Made by a program: the position numbers and the translations under genes. The notes under the pieces were generated by a model. The model saw only the letters and a program-made list of their open reading frames with translations. It ran no database searches and was not told the DNA's origin. From NCBI GenBank assembly GCA_032718475.1, contig JAUCBJ010006320.1, forward strand, positions 1 to 35,515: a DNA stretch of 35,515 bases, read 5' to 3'. Positions within the stretch are counted from its first letter, which is position 1, and the number at the start of each line of letters is the position of its first letter. Positions 20,404-32,768 of the stretch are shown here, in pieces. This DNA is from Nemertoderma westbladi. Taxonomy: Eukaryota > Animalia > Xenacoelomorpha.

Positions 20404-22807
20404 AATATCAGCACCCATCATGCTGATACCGTGGCCAACACCCATCGTGTTGATACCGTGGCCAACACCCGTCGTGCTGATACCGTGGCCAACACCCATC
20501 GTGCTGATACCGTGGCCAACACCCATCGTGCTGATACCGTGGCCAGCACCCATCGTGCTGATACCGTGGCCAACACCCATCGTACTGATACCGTGGCCAA
20601 CACCCGTCGTGCTGATACCGTGGCCAACATCCATCGTGTTGATACGGTGGCCAACACCCTCCAATATCAGCACCCATTGTGCTGATACCGTGGCCAATAC
20701 CCTCCAATATCAGCACCCATCGTGCTGATACCATGGCCAGCACCCATCGTGCTGATACCGTGGCCAACACCCGTCGTGCTGATACCGTGGCCAACATCCA
20801 TCGTGTTGATACCGTGGCCAACACCCTCCAATATCAGCACCCATTGTGCTGATACCGTGGCCAATACCCTCCAATATCAGCACCCATTGTGCTGATACCG
20901 TGGCCAACACCCGTCGTGTTGAAACCGTGGCCAACACCCTCCAATATCAGCACCCATTGTGCTGATACCGTGGCCAACACCCTCCAATATCAGCACCCAT
21001 TGTGCTGATACCGTGGCCAACACCCTCCAATATCAGCACCCATTGTGCTGATACCGAGGCCAACACCCTCCAATATCAGCACCCATCGTGCTGATACCGT
21101 GGCCAACACCCATCGTGCTGATACCGTGGCCAACACCCTCCAATATCAGCACCCATCGTGCTGATACCATGACCAACACCCTCCAATATCAGCACCCATC
21201 GTGCTGATACCGTGGACAACACCCATCGTGTTGATATCGTGGCTAACACCCTCCAATATCAGCACCCATCGTGCTGATACCATGGCCAACACCCGTCGTG
21301 TTGATATCGTGGCCAACACCCTCCAATATCAGCACCCATCGTGCTGATACCATGCCCAACACCCGTCGTGCTGATACCGTGGCCAACATCCATCGTGTTG
21401 ATACCGTGGCCAACACCCTCCAATATCAGCACCCATTGTGCTGATACCGTGGCCAACACCCGTCGTGTTGATACCGTGGCCAACACCCTCCAATATCAGC
21501 ACCCATTGTGCTGATACCGTGGCCAACACCCTCCAATATCAGCACCCATTGTGCTGATACCGTGGCCAACACCCATCGTGCTGATACCGTGGCCAACACC
21601 CGTCGTGTTGATACCGTGGCCAACACCCTCCAATATCAGCACCCATTGTGCTGATACCGTGGCCAACACCCTCCAATATCAGCACCCATTGTGCTGATAC
21701 CGTGGCCAACACCCATCGTGCTGATACCGTGGCCAACCCCCGTCGTGTTGATACCGTGGCCAACACCCTCCAATATCAGCACCCATTGTGCTGATACCGT
21801 GGCCAACACCCTCCAATATCAGCACCCATTGTGCTGATACCGTGGCCAACACCCATCGTGTTGATACCGTGGCCAACACCCTCCAATATCAGCACCCATT
21901 GTGCTGATACCGTGGCCAACACCCTCCAATATCAGCACCCATTGTGCTGATACCGTGGCCAACACCCGTCGTGTTGATACCGTGGCCAACACCCTCCAAT
22001 ATCAGCACCCATTGTGCTGATACCGTGGCCAACACCCACCAATATCAGCACCCATTGTGCTGATACCGTGGCCAACACCCGTCGTGTTGATACCGTGGCC
22101 AACACCCTCCAATATCAGCACCCATTGTGCTGATACCGTGGCCAACACCCTCCAATATCAGCACCCATTGTGCTGATACCGTGGCCAACACCCATCGTGC
22201 TGATACCGTGGCCAACACCCGTCGTGCTGATACCGTGGCCAACATCCATCGTGTTGATACCGTGGCCAACACCCTCCAATATCAGCACCCATTGTGCTGA
22301 TACCGTGGCCAACACCCTCCAATATCAGCACCCATTGTGCTGATACCGTGGCCAACACCCGTCGTGTTGATACCGTGGCCAACACCCTCCAATATCAGCA
22401 CCCATTGTGCTGATACCGTGGCCAACACCCTCCACTATCAGCACCCATTGTGCTGATACCGCGGCCAACACCCATCGTGCTGATACCGTGGCCAACACCC
22501 TCCAATATCAGCACCCATCAGGCTGATACCATGGCCAACACCCTCCAATGTCAGCACCCATCGTGCTGATACCATGGCCAACTCCCTCCAATATCAGCAC
22601 CCATCGTGCCGATACCGTGGCCAACACCATCCAATATCAGCATCCATCGTGCTGATACCGTGGCCAACACCCTCCAATATCAGCACCCATCGTGCTGATA
22701 CCGAGGCCAACACCCTCCAATATCAGCACCCATCGTGCTGATACCATGGCCAACACCCTCCAATATCAGCACCCATCGTGCCGATACCGTGGCCAACACC
22801 CTCCAAT
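20404..22807. repeat. Composite 27-bp/43-bp minisatellite
   Basis: 27-bp module CACCCATCGTGCTGATACCGTGGCCAA interleaved irregularly with 16-bp module CACCCTCCAATATCAG. Confidence 0.95.
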
Positions 22808-24024
22808 TCGAACGTACAATGTTAATCCAATATATTTTTACTACTAGGTCGAGAGAGCTCGGGCATATAATATATTATTAATTGAGATTTAGTTACCTAA
22901 ACGCCGTGTGATATTCAGAAAGCGTATGTTTATTTATTTGGAGGAGGACTACATCTTGTATACGAAAGTTGTTGCAAACTCGATGACAGACACGTGGCTG
23001 ATTCTGGCTCTGTAAAAGAGAGATCCCCGCTAAAGTTCGTTAATTGTCATGTTTCTATTCGAGTTAGAGAGCCGACCACATCATAGGCCTGGAATAGATT
23101 CGTTTATGAAATTAAGTAGCCTTACAAGGAGTAGAAGAATATGGTGACAATAGAAGGACGTTGTTACGGCAACCTTGAATAAGTAACAGGTTCCCAGAGC
23201 CTCATGTAATCAACAAAGTAAAACATCACGGATTAGTGACGGTCTTACTAGTCAGTATAATTCAACTAGACAGTAGTGGAAGTATTACAGGGATGATTTA
23301 AATTACTTAAAGAAGATTAATTATTACCGTACAACACTGTATTACTGGAAAGGTAAGACGATAACTGATTCGCGTCGTTTTAGCAATAGCTTTTGGTGCT
23401 CAACTCAGGGACTCAGGCTACATCAGAAGAGGAGATACTGGAGCATACTATATCGAATAATTTTACTTTGAAATTATTAGAGAAAAATTCTGGAAGTCAT
23501 TTTGGTTTCGAAACATCGCTACTACAATTTTTTACCAATGGAATAAAAACTTATTTAATTTAGCTGTATTTATTAAGTAAGTTTCAGGATTCTTTCGCAT
23601 TAGAGATGCGATACTCCCTTTATTATAATTAATCCATTCCAATTTTTGGGTATCTGACTTTTCACCGCAACTATCGCGCTTAGGATTCTACTTAACTTCT
23701 GCAGTCGCCCGATTCCAATAAAACATCGATAGTTAGTGCAAGCTGGTGCACCTAGGAATGAAAGCTATTGATTGACTTTACCCTGACTAGATGTTGTGAA
23801 ACACCTACACAACAATCGCATGAAAGCTGTCTCCACATGTAAATCAATCTTTGAGGCAAGTGGTCCTTCTCAATGCTAGCTGGTGGATCTAATGCCGACC
23901 CATTGTATGCATCCAGACCCATTGTATGCATATATTGATAAAGAATTTAAGCGAGTGGTTAAGGCATGTAAATCGATAGTTGAGTTAAGACGGGATGCCA
24001 TGAGTGGTTTGGGGGTGGGGAGAA

Positions 24025-24052
24025 GGGGGGGGGGGGGGGGGGGGGGGGGGGG
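24025..24052 (+). repeat. Poly-G tract
   Basis: About 28 consecutive G, preceded by GGGGGTGGGG. Confidence 0.9.
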
Positions 24053-24156
24053 TATGTATGTATGTATGGACATGTAGAGAGGACTCCCACTGACTTAAAG
24101 TATCCAAAGTCACATTTTTTTGCTTATTCTTTTACATTTATTCCCTAAATGGGATG

Positions 24157-25021
24157 TTTTGTCTGGGCTGCTACTGTTGACCTGTAACTTTAACTTTTTG
24201 TCTGGGCTGCTACTGTTGACCTGTAACTTTAACTTTTTGTCTGGGCTGCTACTGTTGACCTGTAACTTTAACTTTTTGTCTGGGCTGCTACTGGTGACCT
24301 GTAACTTTAACTTTTTGTCTGGGCTACTACTGTTGACCTGTAACTTTAACTTTTTGTCTGGGCTGCTACTTTTGACCTGTAACTTTAACTTTTTGTCTGG
24401 GCTGCTACTGTTGACCTGTAACTTTAACTTTTTGTCTGGGCTGCTACTGTTGACCTGTAACTTTAACTTTTTGTCTGGGCTGCAACTGTTGACCTGTAAC
24501 TTTAACTTTTTGTCTGGGCTGCAACTGTTGACCTGTAACTTTAATAACTTTTTGTCTGGGCTACTACTGTTGACCTGTAACTTTAACTTTTTGTCTGGGC
24601 TACTACTGTTGACCTGTAACTTTAACTTTTTGTCTGGGCTGCTACTGTTGACCTGTAACTTTAACTTTTTGTCTGGGCTGCTACTGTTGACCTGTAACTT
24701 TAACTTTTTGTCTGGGCTGCTACTGTTGACCTGTAACTTTAACTTTTTGTCTGGGCTGCAACTGTTGACCTGTAACTTTAACTTTTTGCCTGGGCTGCAA
24801 CTGTTGACCTGTAACTTTAACTTTTTGTCTGGGCTACTACTGTTGACCTGTAACTTTAACTTTTTGTCTGGGCCTCTTACTATTGACCTGTAACTTTAAC
24901 TTTTTGTCTGGGCTGCAACTGTTGACCTGTAACTTTAACTTTTTGTCTGGGCCTCTTACTATTGACCTGTAACATTAACTTTTTGTCAGGGCTGCTACTG
25001 TTGACCTGTAACTTTAACTTT
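24157..25021. repeat. 39-bp minisatellite, ~22 copies
   Basis: Unit TTTTGTCTGGGCTGCTACTGTTGACCTGTAACTTTAACT. Confidence 0.95.
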
Positions 25022-25379
25022 GTGATCATTCTGTTTCTCTGTTCTCTGTTTCTCTGCTCATTTCACTTGTCCAGTCAATTTAAGTAAAACCTAAAACTAA
25101 TTCGCAATTCATTCGAACCACATTTTTTTTATTCTCTATTATCCAATATCAAAAATGATTAATAAAATAAAGTCAATAGAACAGGTTATTTAAATTTGAT
25201 TTATTTTCATTTACTTTAATTTCAGACGGGAGGCAGTTTGTTTGGTTGATACAAGTCATTCATCTTCCAATCCCATCTGTTTCTTGGAGTCTGTGTAAGA
25301 CAGGTCCCTTTAAATTAAAGTCATCTTGATGCCGTTCTAGTCAATTAATAGTGGAAGTCTTATAAATGAATTTGCTTCC

Positions 25380-26070
25380 CGTGAACGGAACACCGCGTGT
25401 TCCGTTTATGTTGTAAATTAGTGGGTCGCTCTCGGTGTATCTGATATATGGGGCTTTCAAGACTGAGGTTGTTTGTGGCTTATTACAAGGGCACCCAATG
25501 TGTCATAATATAGGCCCCATAAGAAACATGCCGGTAAGTTCTACAGTACCGCTATACAATAGGAACGAATACTGTTGTGTTCCTTGTCAATACACAGCGT
25601 AGCAAGTTTGCCCATTGTTGTGTTGCCTTGTTAACAAAGCGCCCAAGGCGGTTCACCCACTCTCAGGCCGCAGAGTCGGAGCCCCCATGCCCGGGGCCCT
25701 AGGTGAATTAAAGCCGGTCTATTTTGGCCTTATTCAAATATTTTGGGGCCGGGCTTGTCGGTGCAGCACCCGAACAATGCGATTAGCAGCCCCAAGTGAG
25801 CTAATGAGGGGCCCAACGGCAGGGGAGGCCACTTAGCTTGGCGCATTGTAACGACACCCTTTAGGAGACCGGAGCCCCCCCGCTGGGATCCGGTGCCCCC
25901 TCGACCCAGGGGTCTGTAGAGCCACGCCTAGCCATCCCGGCCACTCTATCGAAGCTACTTGTGTTTGATTTATGCTCGAGCACATGGGATCCGTAACAAA
26001 CCGCCCTAGCTTATTGACCTGACAGGAGTTTTGCGACTTAAACGTGAACCAACTCCAGAGGGGGTCTCTT
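25380..26070. promoter_or_regulatory. Candidate developmental enhancer (GC-rich unique non-coding island)
   Basis: CpG-rich; Sox-like AACAAAG/AACAATG; homeodomain-type GATTAG/CTAATG; Zic-like CCCCCCGCTGGG (~25876-25887); about 8 kb 3' of FoxG. Inference only. Confidence 0.35.
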
Positions 26071-26467
26071 AGTTCACCAATGAAGTGGGTAAACGATTTT
26101 AGTTACATAATCAATAATGGACGCCAATGATACTACAGTAACTGATTAATTATTGGATTTACGTTTTAAGTATATACCGGCAGATAGGGAGGGGGAGGGG
26201 GTCTTTTGACACAATCAAAATTCACCCCTTTCCAAGGGAATATCGAATCAAATAAATAAAACTGTTCCAGTTTTACTGACTTTAGTTTATTGTTTTGGTT
26301 CAATTAAGTGCGATTGTACACTTTAACAATGAGGTGAGATATTAAGTCGCCGAGATAGGATTTACATCATGCCCCCCCCTGTCTCAGTCTGGGTTGGTTT
26401 TAATAATCGCAGGATAAATATAGTACACACCATTATCGGTGTGGGCAGTTTTATTCCCTTAACAGAT

Positions 26468-26492
26468 GGGGGTGGGGGGGGGGGGGGGGGGG
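26468..26492 (+). repeat. Poly-G tract
   Basis: G5-T-G19. Confidence 0.9.
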
Positions 26493-27054
26493 TAGCCTTA
26501 GCATAAATTTTGGTTTGGGTCGAATTGGCTTTGTACGTTTATATGTCTGCCCGTCGTGTATGATGGATTCCAGAGAGAAAATAGTTAACAAATACGTCCA
26601 GGTCAGGCAAACCGTCGTACTATTTATTTACGACCATTTCGTGTCATTAACACACTGTATTACGGAGCCGAACCCCTAAAGGGACACTAACTTTTGTGAA
26701 CGACATACTAACTATGCTTCGATTGGCTAAACATTACTGATAATAAAAAATGCAATAGTAGCAGGTTTTTTAATTCAATATACAATGCTGTTGTTTAAAC
26801 TCAATAATGGATAACTTAAGTCGGTTTGAAGTTCTCTAGTCTACCGCAAGAGGGCGAAATGTCTGAAAGTTAGATCTTTTACCCATTCCGTTATTTATGA
26901 TCCAGTAACGCAAGTTGAAACTTGTCATATTTGTGCTATAATACATCCTGTGTCTTTGTGGGGTCGGTGATCGGTCTGCAGTGCTGTATGTGGCGTGCTA
27001 CGAGAAGGCCCATAAGCCTTGAAAGTTAATATTTAGCACATCCAGCGGCGGGAC

Positions 27055-29258
27055 ATCTACAGTGGATGTTTGGTGTCTCTAAGATCTACGGTGGGTGTTT
27101 GGTGTCTCTAAGATCTACGGTGGGTGTTTGGTGTCTCTAAGATCTACGGTGGGTGTTTGGTGTCTCTAAGATCTACGGTGGGTGTTTGGTGTCTCTTAGA
27201 TTTATGGTGGGTGTTTGGTGTCTCTTAGTTCTACGGTGGGTGTTTGGTGTCTCTTAGATCTACGGTTGGTGTCTCATAGATCTACGGTGGGTGTTTGGTG
27301 TCTCTTAGATCTACGGTGGGTGTTTGGTGTCTCTTAGATCTACGGTTGGTGTCTCATAGATCTACGGTGGGTGTTTGGTGTCTCTTAGATCTACGGTTGG
27401 TGTCTCATAGATCTACGGTGGGTGTTTGGTGTCGCTTAGATCTACGGTGGGTGTTTGGTGTCTCTTAGATCTACGGTTGGTGTCTCATAGATCTACGGTG
27501 GGTGTTTGGTGTCTCTTAGATCTACGGTGGGTGCTTGGTGTCTCTTAGATCTACGGTTGGTGTCTCATAGATCTACGATGGGTGTTTGGTGTCTCTTAGA
27601 TCTACGGTGGGTGTTTGGTGTCTCTTAGATCTACGGTGGGTGCTTGGTGTCTCTTAGATCTACGGTTGGTGTCTCATAGATCTACGATGGGTGTTTGGTG
27701 TCTCTTAGATCTACGGTGGGTGTTTGGTGTCTCATAGATCTACGGTGGGTGTTTGGTGTCTCTTAGATCTACGGTGGGTGCTTGGTATCGCTTAGATCTA
27801 CGGTGGGTGTTTGGTGTCTCTTAGATCTACGGTGTGTGTTTGGTGTCTCTTAGATCTACGGTTGGTGTTTGGTGTCTCATAGATCTACGGTGGGTGTTTA
27901 GTGTCTCTTAGATCTACGGTTGGTGTCTCATAGATCTACGGTGGGTGTTTGGTGTCTCTTAGCTCTACGGTGGGTGTTTGGTGTCTCATAGATCTACGGT
28001 GGGTGTTTGGTGTCTCTTAGATCTATGGTGGGTGTTTGGTGTCTCATAGATCTACGGTGGGTGTTTGGTGTCTCATAGATCTACGGTGGGTGTTTGGTGT
28101 CTCTTAGATCTATGGTGGGTGTTTGGTGCCTCATAGATCTACGGTGGGTCTTTGGTGTCTCTTAGATCTACGGTGGGTGTTTGGTATATGGTGGTTGTTT
28201 GGTGTCTCTTAGATCTACGGTGGGTGTTTGGTGTCTCATAGATCTACGGTGGGTGTTTGGTGTCTCTTAGATCTATGGTGGGTGTTTGGTGCCTCATAGA
28301 TCTACGGTGGGTCTTTGGTGTCTCTTAGATCTACGGTGGGTGTTTGGTATATGGTGGTTGTTTGGTGTCTCTTAGATCTACGGTGGGTGCTTGGTATCGC
28401 TTAGATCTACGGTTGGTGTTTGGTGTCTCTTAGATCTATGGTGGGTGTTTGGCCTATCATCGGTGGTTGTTTGGTGTCTCTTAGATCTACGGTTGGTGTT
28501 TGGTGTCTCTTAGATCTACGGTGGGTGTTTGGTGTCTCTTAGATCTACGGTGGGTGTTTGGTGTCTCATAGATCTACGGTGGGTGTTTGGTGTCTCTTAG
28601 ATCTACGGTGGGTGTGTGATGTCTCTTAGATCTACGGTGGGTGTTTGGTGTCTCTTAGATCTACGGTGTGTGTTTTGGTGTCTCTTAGATCAACGGTTGG
28701 TGTTTGGTGTCTCTTAGATCTATGGTGTGTGTTTGGTGTCTCTTAGATCTACGGTGTGTGTTTGGTATCTCTTAGATCAACGGTGTGTGTTTGGAGTCTC
28801 TTAGATCTACGGTGTGTGTTTGGTGTCTCTTAGATCTACGGTGTGTGTTTGGTGTCTCTTAGATCTATGGTGTGTGTTTGGTATCTCTTAGATCTACGGT
28901 GTGTGTTTGGTATCTCTTAGATCAACGGTGTGTGTTTGGAGTCTCTTAGATCTACGGTGTGTGTTTGGTGTCTCTTAGATCTACGGTGTGTGTTTGGTGT
29001 CTCTTAGATCTACGGTGTGTGTTTGGTGTCTCTTAGATCTACGGTTGGTGTCTCTTAGATCTACGGTTGGTGTCTCTTAGATCTACGGTTGGTGTCTCTT
29101 AGATCTACGGTTGGTGTCTCTTAGATCTACGGTGTATGTTTGGTGTCTCTGAGATCTACTGTTGGTGTCTCTTAGATCTACGGTTGGCGTCTCATAGATC
29201 TACGGTGGGTGTTTGGTGTCTCACAGATCTACGGTGGGTGTTTGGTGTCTCATAGATC
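27055..29258. repeat. 29/22-bp minisatellite
   Basis: Unit GATCTACGGTGGGTGTTTGGTGTCTCTTA (27083, 27112...) with a 22-bp deletion variant GATCTACGGTTGGTGTCTCATA. Confidence 0.95.
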
Positions 29259-30449
29259 TGTCACTATTGCTGATATATCACTATAAATTTACACAAATCA
29301 ACAAGTCAAGTCAATACTTCATGCGAAACTCAGAAACAACATTCTGATTGTCCCGCAGTTGTGTACTCTGTACATGTTTGCGTGTACGTACAAGTTACCC
29401 TATAGTGTACAAGCAAACAAGGTTTCTTAGTGCCCTTAAGGGCCTTCTTGTAAGACCAAGTGAGAAGGGCGTGGTTCAGAAATCCTGCGCCTCAGCAATT
29501 CCATCTAATGATTATTGAATTTCGCGATTTATAGCGAAAAACAAAATGTTTTTTCATCTGCATTTGTATTTGACACATAAGAATTCACTCGCCTCTTTGT
29601 CGATTTGTAAGTTATAAATATATCAGATTTGTTTGTGATACTATAGAAATTGTTTGAGAACAATACACGATCTGATATCACTTGAATCTTAACAATCTAC
29701 CCCCTACTTAGAAAGCATGTTTGTATTCCAGGTGTGTAGAGAAGGACGTGAATCAACTAGAATAGTTATTCAAACTATACAATATGTTATTGTGGTGCTA
29801 GATAATCTTTTAAAATAACTGTTCAGTTACAAACTGAAACTAAATTAGTTTTTGACTATGTTAATGAAACTCATTGTCATATAAAAAAAAATCGCTTGCG
29901 TATTGCCTTTTACTGGCTCTATAGTGTAAAATGGTTTGAAGGGGAGTGTATCTAATAAAATATCTAACCTTAACACAATTACAAAAAATAATGAGTTTCT
30001 CAAAATGATATTATTATTAGAAAACCTCTATTTGTGTTGACCAATTACGTAACAACACGTAGCTGAATCCTAAAGCGGAATATCTCAAAATTATCAAAAT
30101 ATTTTATCTTAAAAACTATATTTTAATTGCAACTTTCACATAATATATTCATTCTAATTTGTAAGGGTTTTCTATCAGTAAAGTTCCAACACCCAACATT
30201 CCTAAGAAATTAATAATTGTTAAATCTAGTTGGAAATGTCGTCAACATATTGTTGCTAAATACAAACAATTAATATAAAACAATAAATACAAACTATTTT
30301 ATTAAATCTTTGTCACTATTTTTATCCCATTAATCTGTGCCAAAAGTCAAAATTAAACCACTTATAATTGTTAGCAATTCATCAATTGACCGCGAAAAGG
30401 AGACACGAAGATGTGCAATTGTGCACAGGTGCTTAAACAGAAGTGTTCA

Positions 30450-31775
30450 GGTTCCTCTATCTCTCTACCGGGTCTACTGTACTGCAGTACTCACTGTCTG
30501 GGTTCCTCTATCTCTCTACCGGGTCTACTGTACTGCAGTACTCACTGACTGGGTTCCTCTATCTCTCTACCGGGTCTACTATACTGCAGTACTCACTGTC
30601 TGGGTTCCTCTATCTCTCTACCGGGTCTACTATACTGCAATACTCACTGTCTGGGTTCCTCTATCTCTCTACCGGGTCTACTGTACTGCAGTACTCACTG
30701 TTTGGGTTCCTCTATCTCTCTACCGGGTCTACTGTACTGCAGTACTCACTGTCTGGGTTCCTCTATCTCTCTACCGGGTCTACTGTACTGCAGTACTCAC
30801 TGTCTGGGTTCCTCTATCTCTCTACCGGGTCTACTATACTGCAGTACTCACTGTCTGGGTTCCTCTATCTCTCTACCGGGTCTACTGTACTGCAGTACTC
30901 ACTGTCTGGGTTCCTCTATCTCTCTACCGGGTCTACTGTACTGCAGTACTCACTGTCTGGGTTCCTGTATCTCTCTACCGGGTCTACTATACTGCAGTAC
31001 TCACTGTCTGGGTTCCTCTATCTCTCTACCGGGTCTACTGTACTGCAGTACTCACTGTCTGGGTTCCTCTATCTCTCTACCGGGTCTACTGTACTGCAGT
31101 ACTCACTGTCTGGGTTCCTATATCTCTCTACCGGGTCTACTGTACTGCAGTACTCACTGTCTGGGTTCCTCTATCTCTCTACCGGGTCTACTGTACTGCA
31201 GTACTCACTGTCTGGGTTCCTCTATCTCTCTACCGGGTCTACTGTACTGCAGTACTCACTGTCTGGGTTCCTCTATCTCTCTACCGGGTCTACTGTACTG
31301 CAGTACTCACTGTCTGGGTTCCTCTATCTCTCTACCGGGTCTACTATATTGCAGTACTCACTGTCTGGGTTCCTCTATCTCTCTACCGGGTCTACTATAC
31401 TGCAGTACTCACTGTATGGGTTCCTCTATCTCTCTACCGGGTCTACTGTACTGCAGTACTCACTGTCTGGGTTCCTCTATCTCTCTACCGGGTCTACTAT
31501 ACTGCAGTACTCACTGTCTGGGTTCCTCTATCTCTCTACCGGGTCTACTGTACTGCAGTACTCACTGTCTGGGTTCCTCTATCTCTCTACCGGGTCTACT
31601 GTACTGCAGTACTCCCTGCCTGGGTTCCTCTATCTCTCTACCGGGTCTACTGTACTGCAGTATTCACTGTCTGGGTTCCTCTATCTCTCTACCGAGTCTA
31701 CTGTACTGCAGTACTCACTGTCTGGGTTCCTCTATCTCTCTACCGGGTCTACTGTACTGCAGTACTCACTGTCTG
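30450..31775. repeat. 51-bp minisatellite, ~26 near-identical copies
   Basis: Unit GGGTTCCTCTATCTCTCTACCGGGTCTACTGTACTGCAGTACTCACTGTCT. Confidence 0.97.
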
Positions 31776-32295
31776 ATTGCATGTTTGCGGTTTTGAGCAT
31801 ACCCATACACACCCATAGCCACTACCCAATATAATTATTTATGACAGATAATTCATAACTGTTGCCGCAAAGATACCTGATTAATCGACAATTGTCTCAA
31901 AGCGAAATTCTCAATATTTACGCGACTGACTAATAAATGATATTTGCTCGCTGATCTTTAGTAAGGATAAGTACTTGTGATTGTAGTGTATCAAGTAATA
32001 CTGTCCCTGACAATAAGACACAAATAGTTTCACTTATTCCTTGATGGTATATTCCCTCCCTAAGCAAACAAGTCTACACCCCTCATTCTGGGCACAGCAT
32101 ATGACGCAATTATATTGTATCTATTGTGCGAGTTGCGATAATTTATCCGATATACATGGATAAAAATCAACTTATATTTTGTCTCACCTTCATCGCTAGG
32201 CGGATATGCCAATATTACAATATTAAATATGGCTTTTTGATACATCGGCTTTTATACATTGGCCCTTTGTTTAAGTTTCGTTATAATTGTGCAAT

Positions 32296-32405
32296 GCATA
32301 ATTGTGCTTTGGCAGCCTCATGGAGTGAATAAGCATGGTGGACAGCCCATGACTTTCTTGAGACGCATCTTAAAGGACACTGGCCTTAAAGATGCGGATT
32401 ATCTT
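32296..32405 (+). pseudogene. Short RTE-clade LINE fragment, same family as 6590-7201
   Basis: VLWQPHGVNKHGGQPMTFLRRILKDTGLKDADYL aligns to VLWQPHVVTKHGGQTKTFLRRILKDTGLEYADDL at ~6998-7100. Confidence 0.85.
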
Positions 32406-32762
32406 GTGGAGGTCAAAATCAAAATGGACCTTCTCCAGAGAATTTATACGAAAATAACAGCTAATTATACGAACAAAAATGTAACCTTTTATATTGACTC
32501 TCGTTTATTGCTTTGGTTAGAATAACATCCACAGTAACCTGCTCCTTTCCATGAATTGATACTTAACTTAGACGAGACGAGATATTAACTCCTCCCCCTC
32601 CCCTATACAATGATACCAACAATAACAGCAAGAAATATATCATATCGAATAAGTTCAATATTCAATGTATTCTTCTTTCTCACTATTAATGAGTTCAACT
32701 CCCTGGCTACTCGTTATTATCTGTGAATTACGTTACCGGATTTAATATTTAAAACAAAGAAT

Positions 32763-32768
32763 TTTATT
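32763..32768 (-). terminator. Candidate FoxG polyadenylation signal
   Basis: AATAAA on the minus strand at the end of ~1.1 kb of AT-rich UTR-like sequence, followed by a T/GT-rich stretch. More proximal AATAAA motifs also occur (~33560, ~33735, ~33766). Confidence 0.35.

Noticed and set aside
20332-22385. Many short repetitive ORFs
   Set aside because: Minisatellite translations.
23350-24000. Stretch that looks like decayed coding sequence
   Set aside because: No long ORF or recognisable motif; needs BLASTx.
24120-24893. 257-aa Leu-rich ORF (LRR-like)
   Set aside because: A 39-bp unit without stops in that frame; not an LRR consensus.
30337-31834. Three overlapping ORFs of 364-479 aa
   Set aside because: The 51-bp unit lacks stops in all three plus frames; no ATG-led unique coding context.
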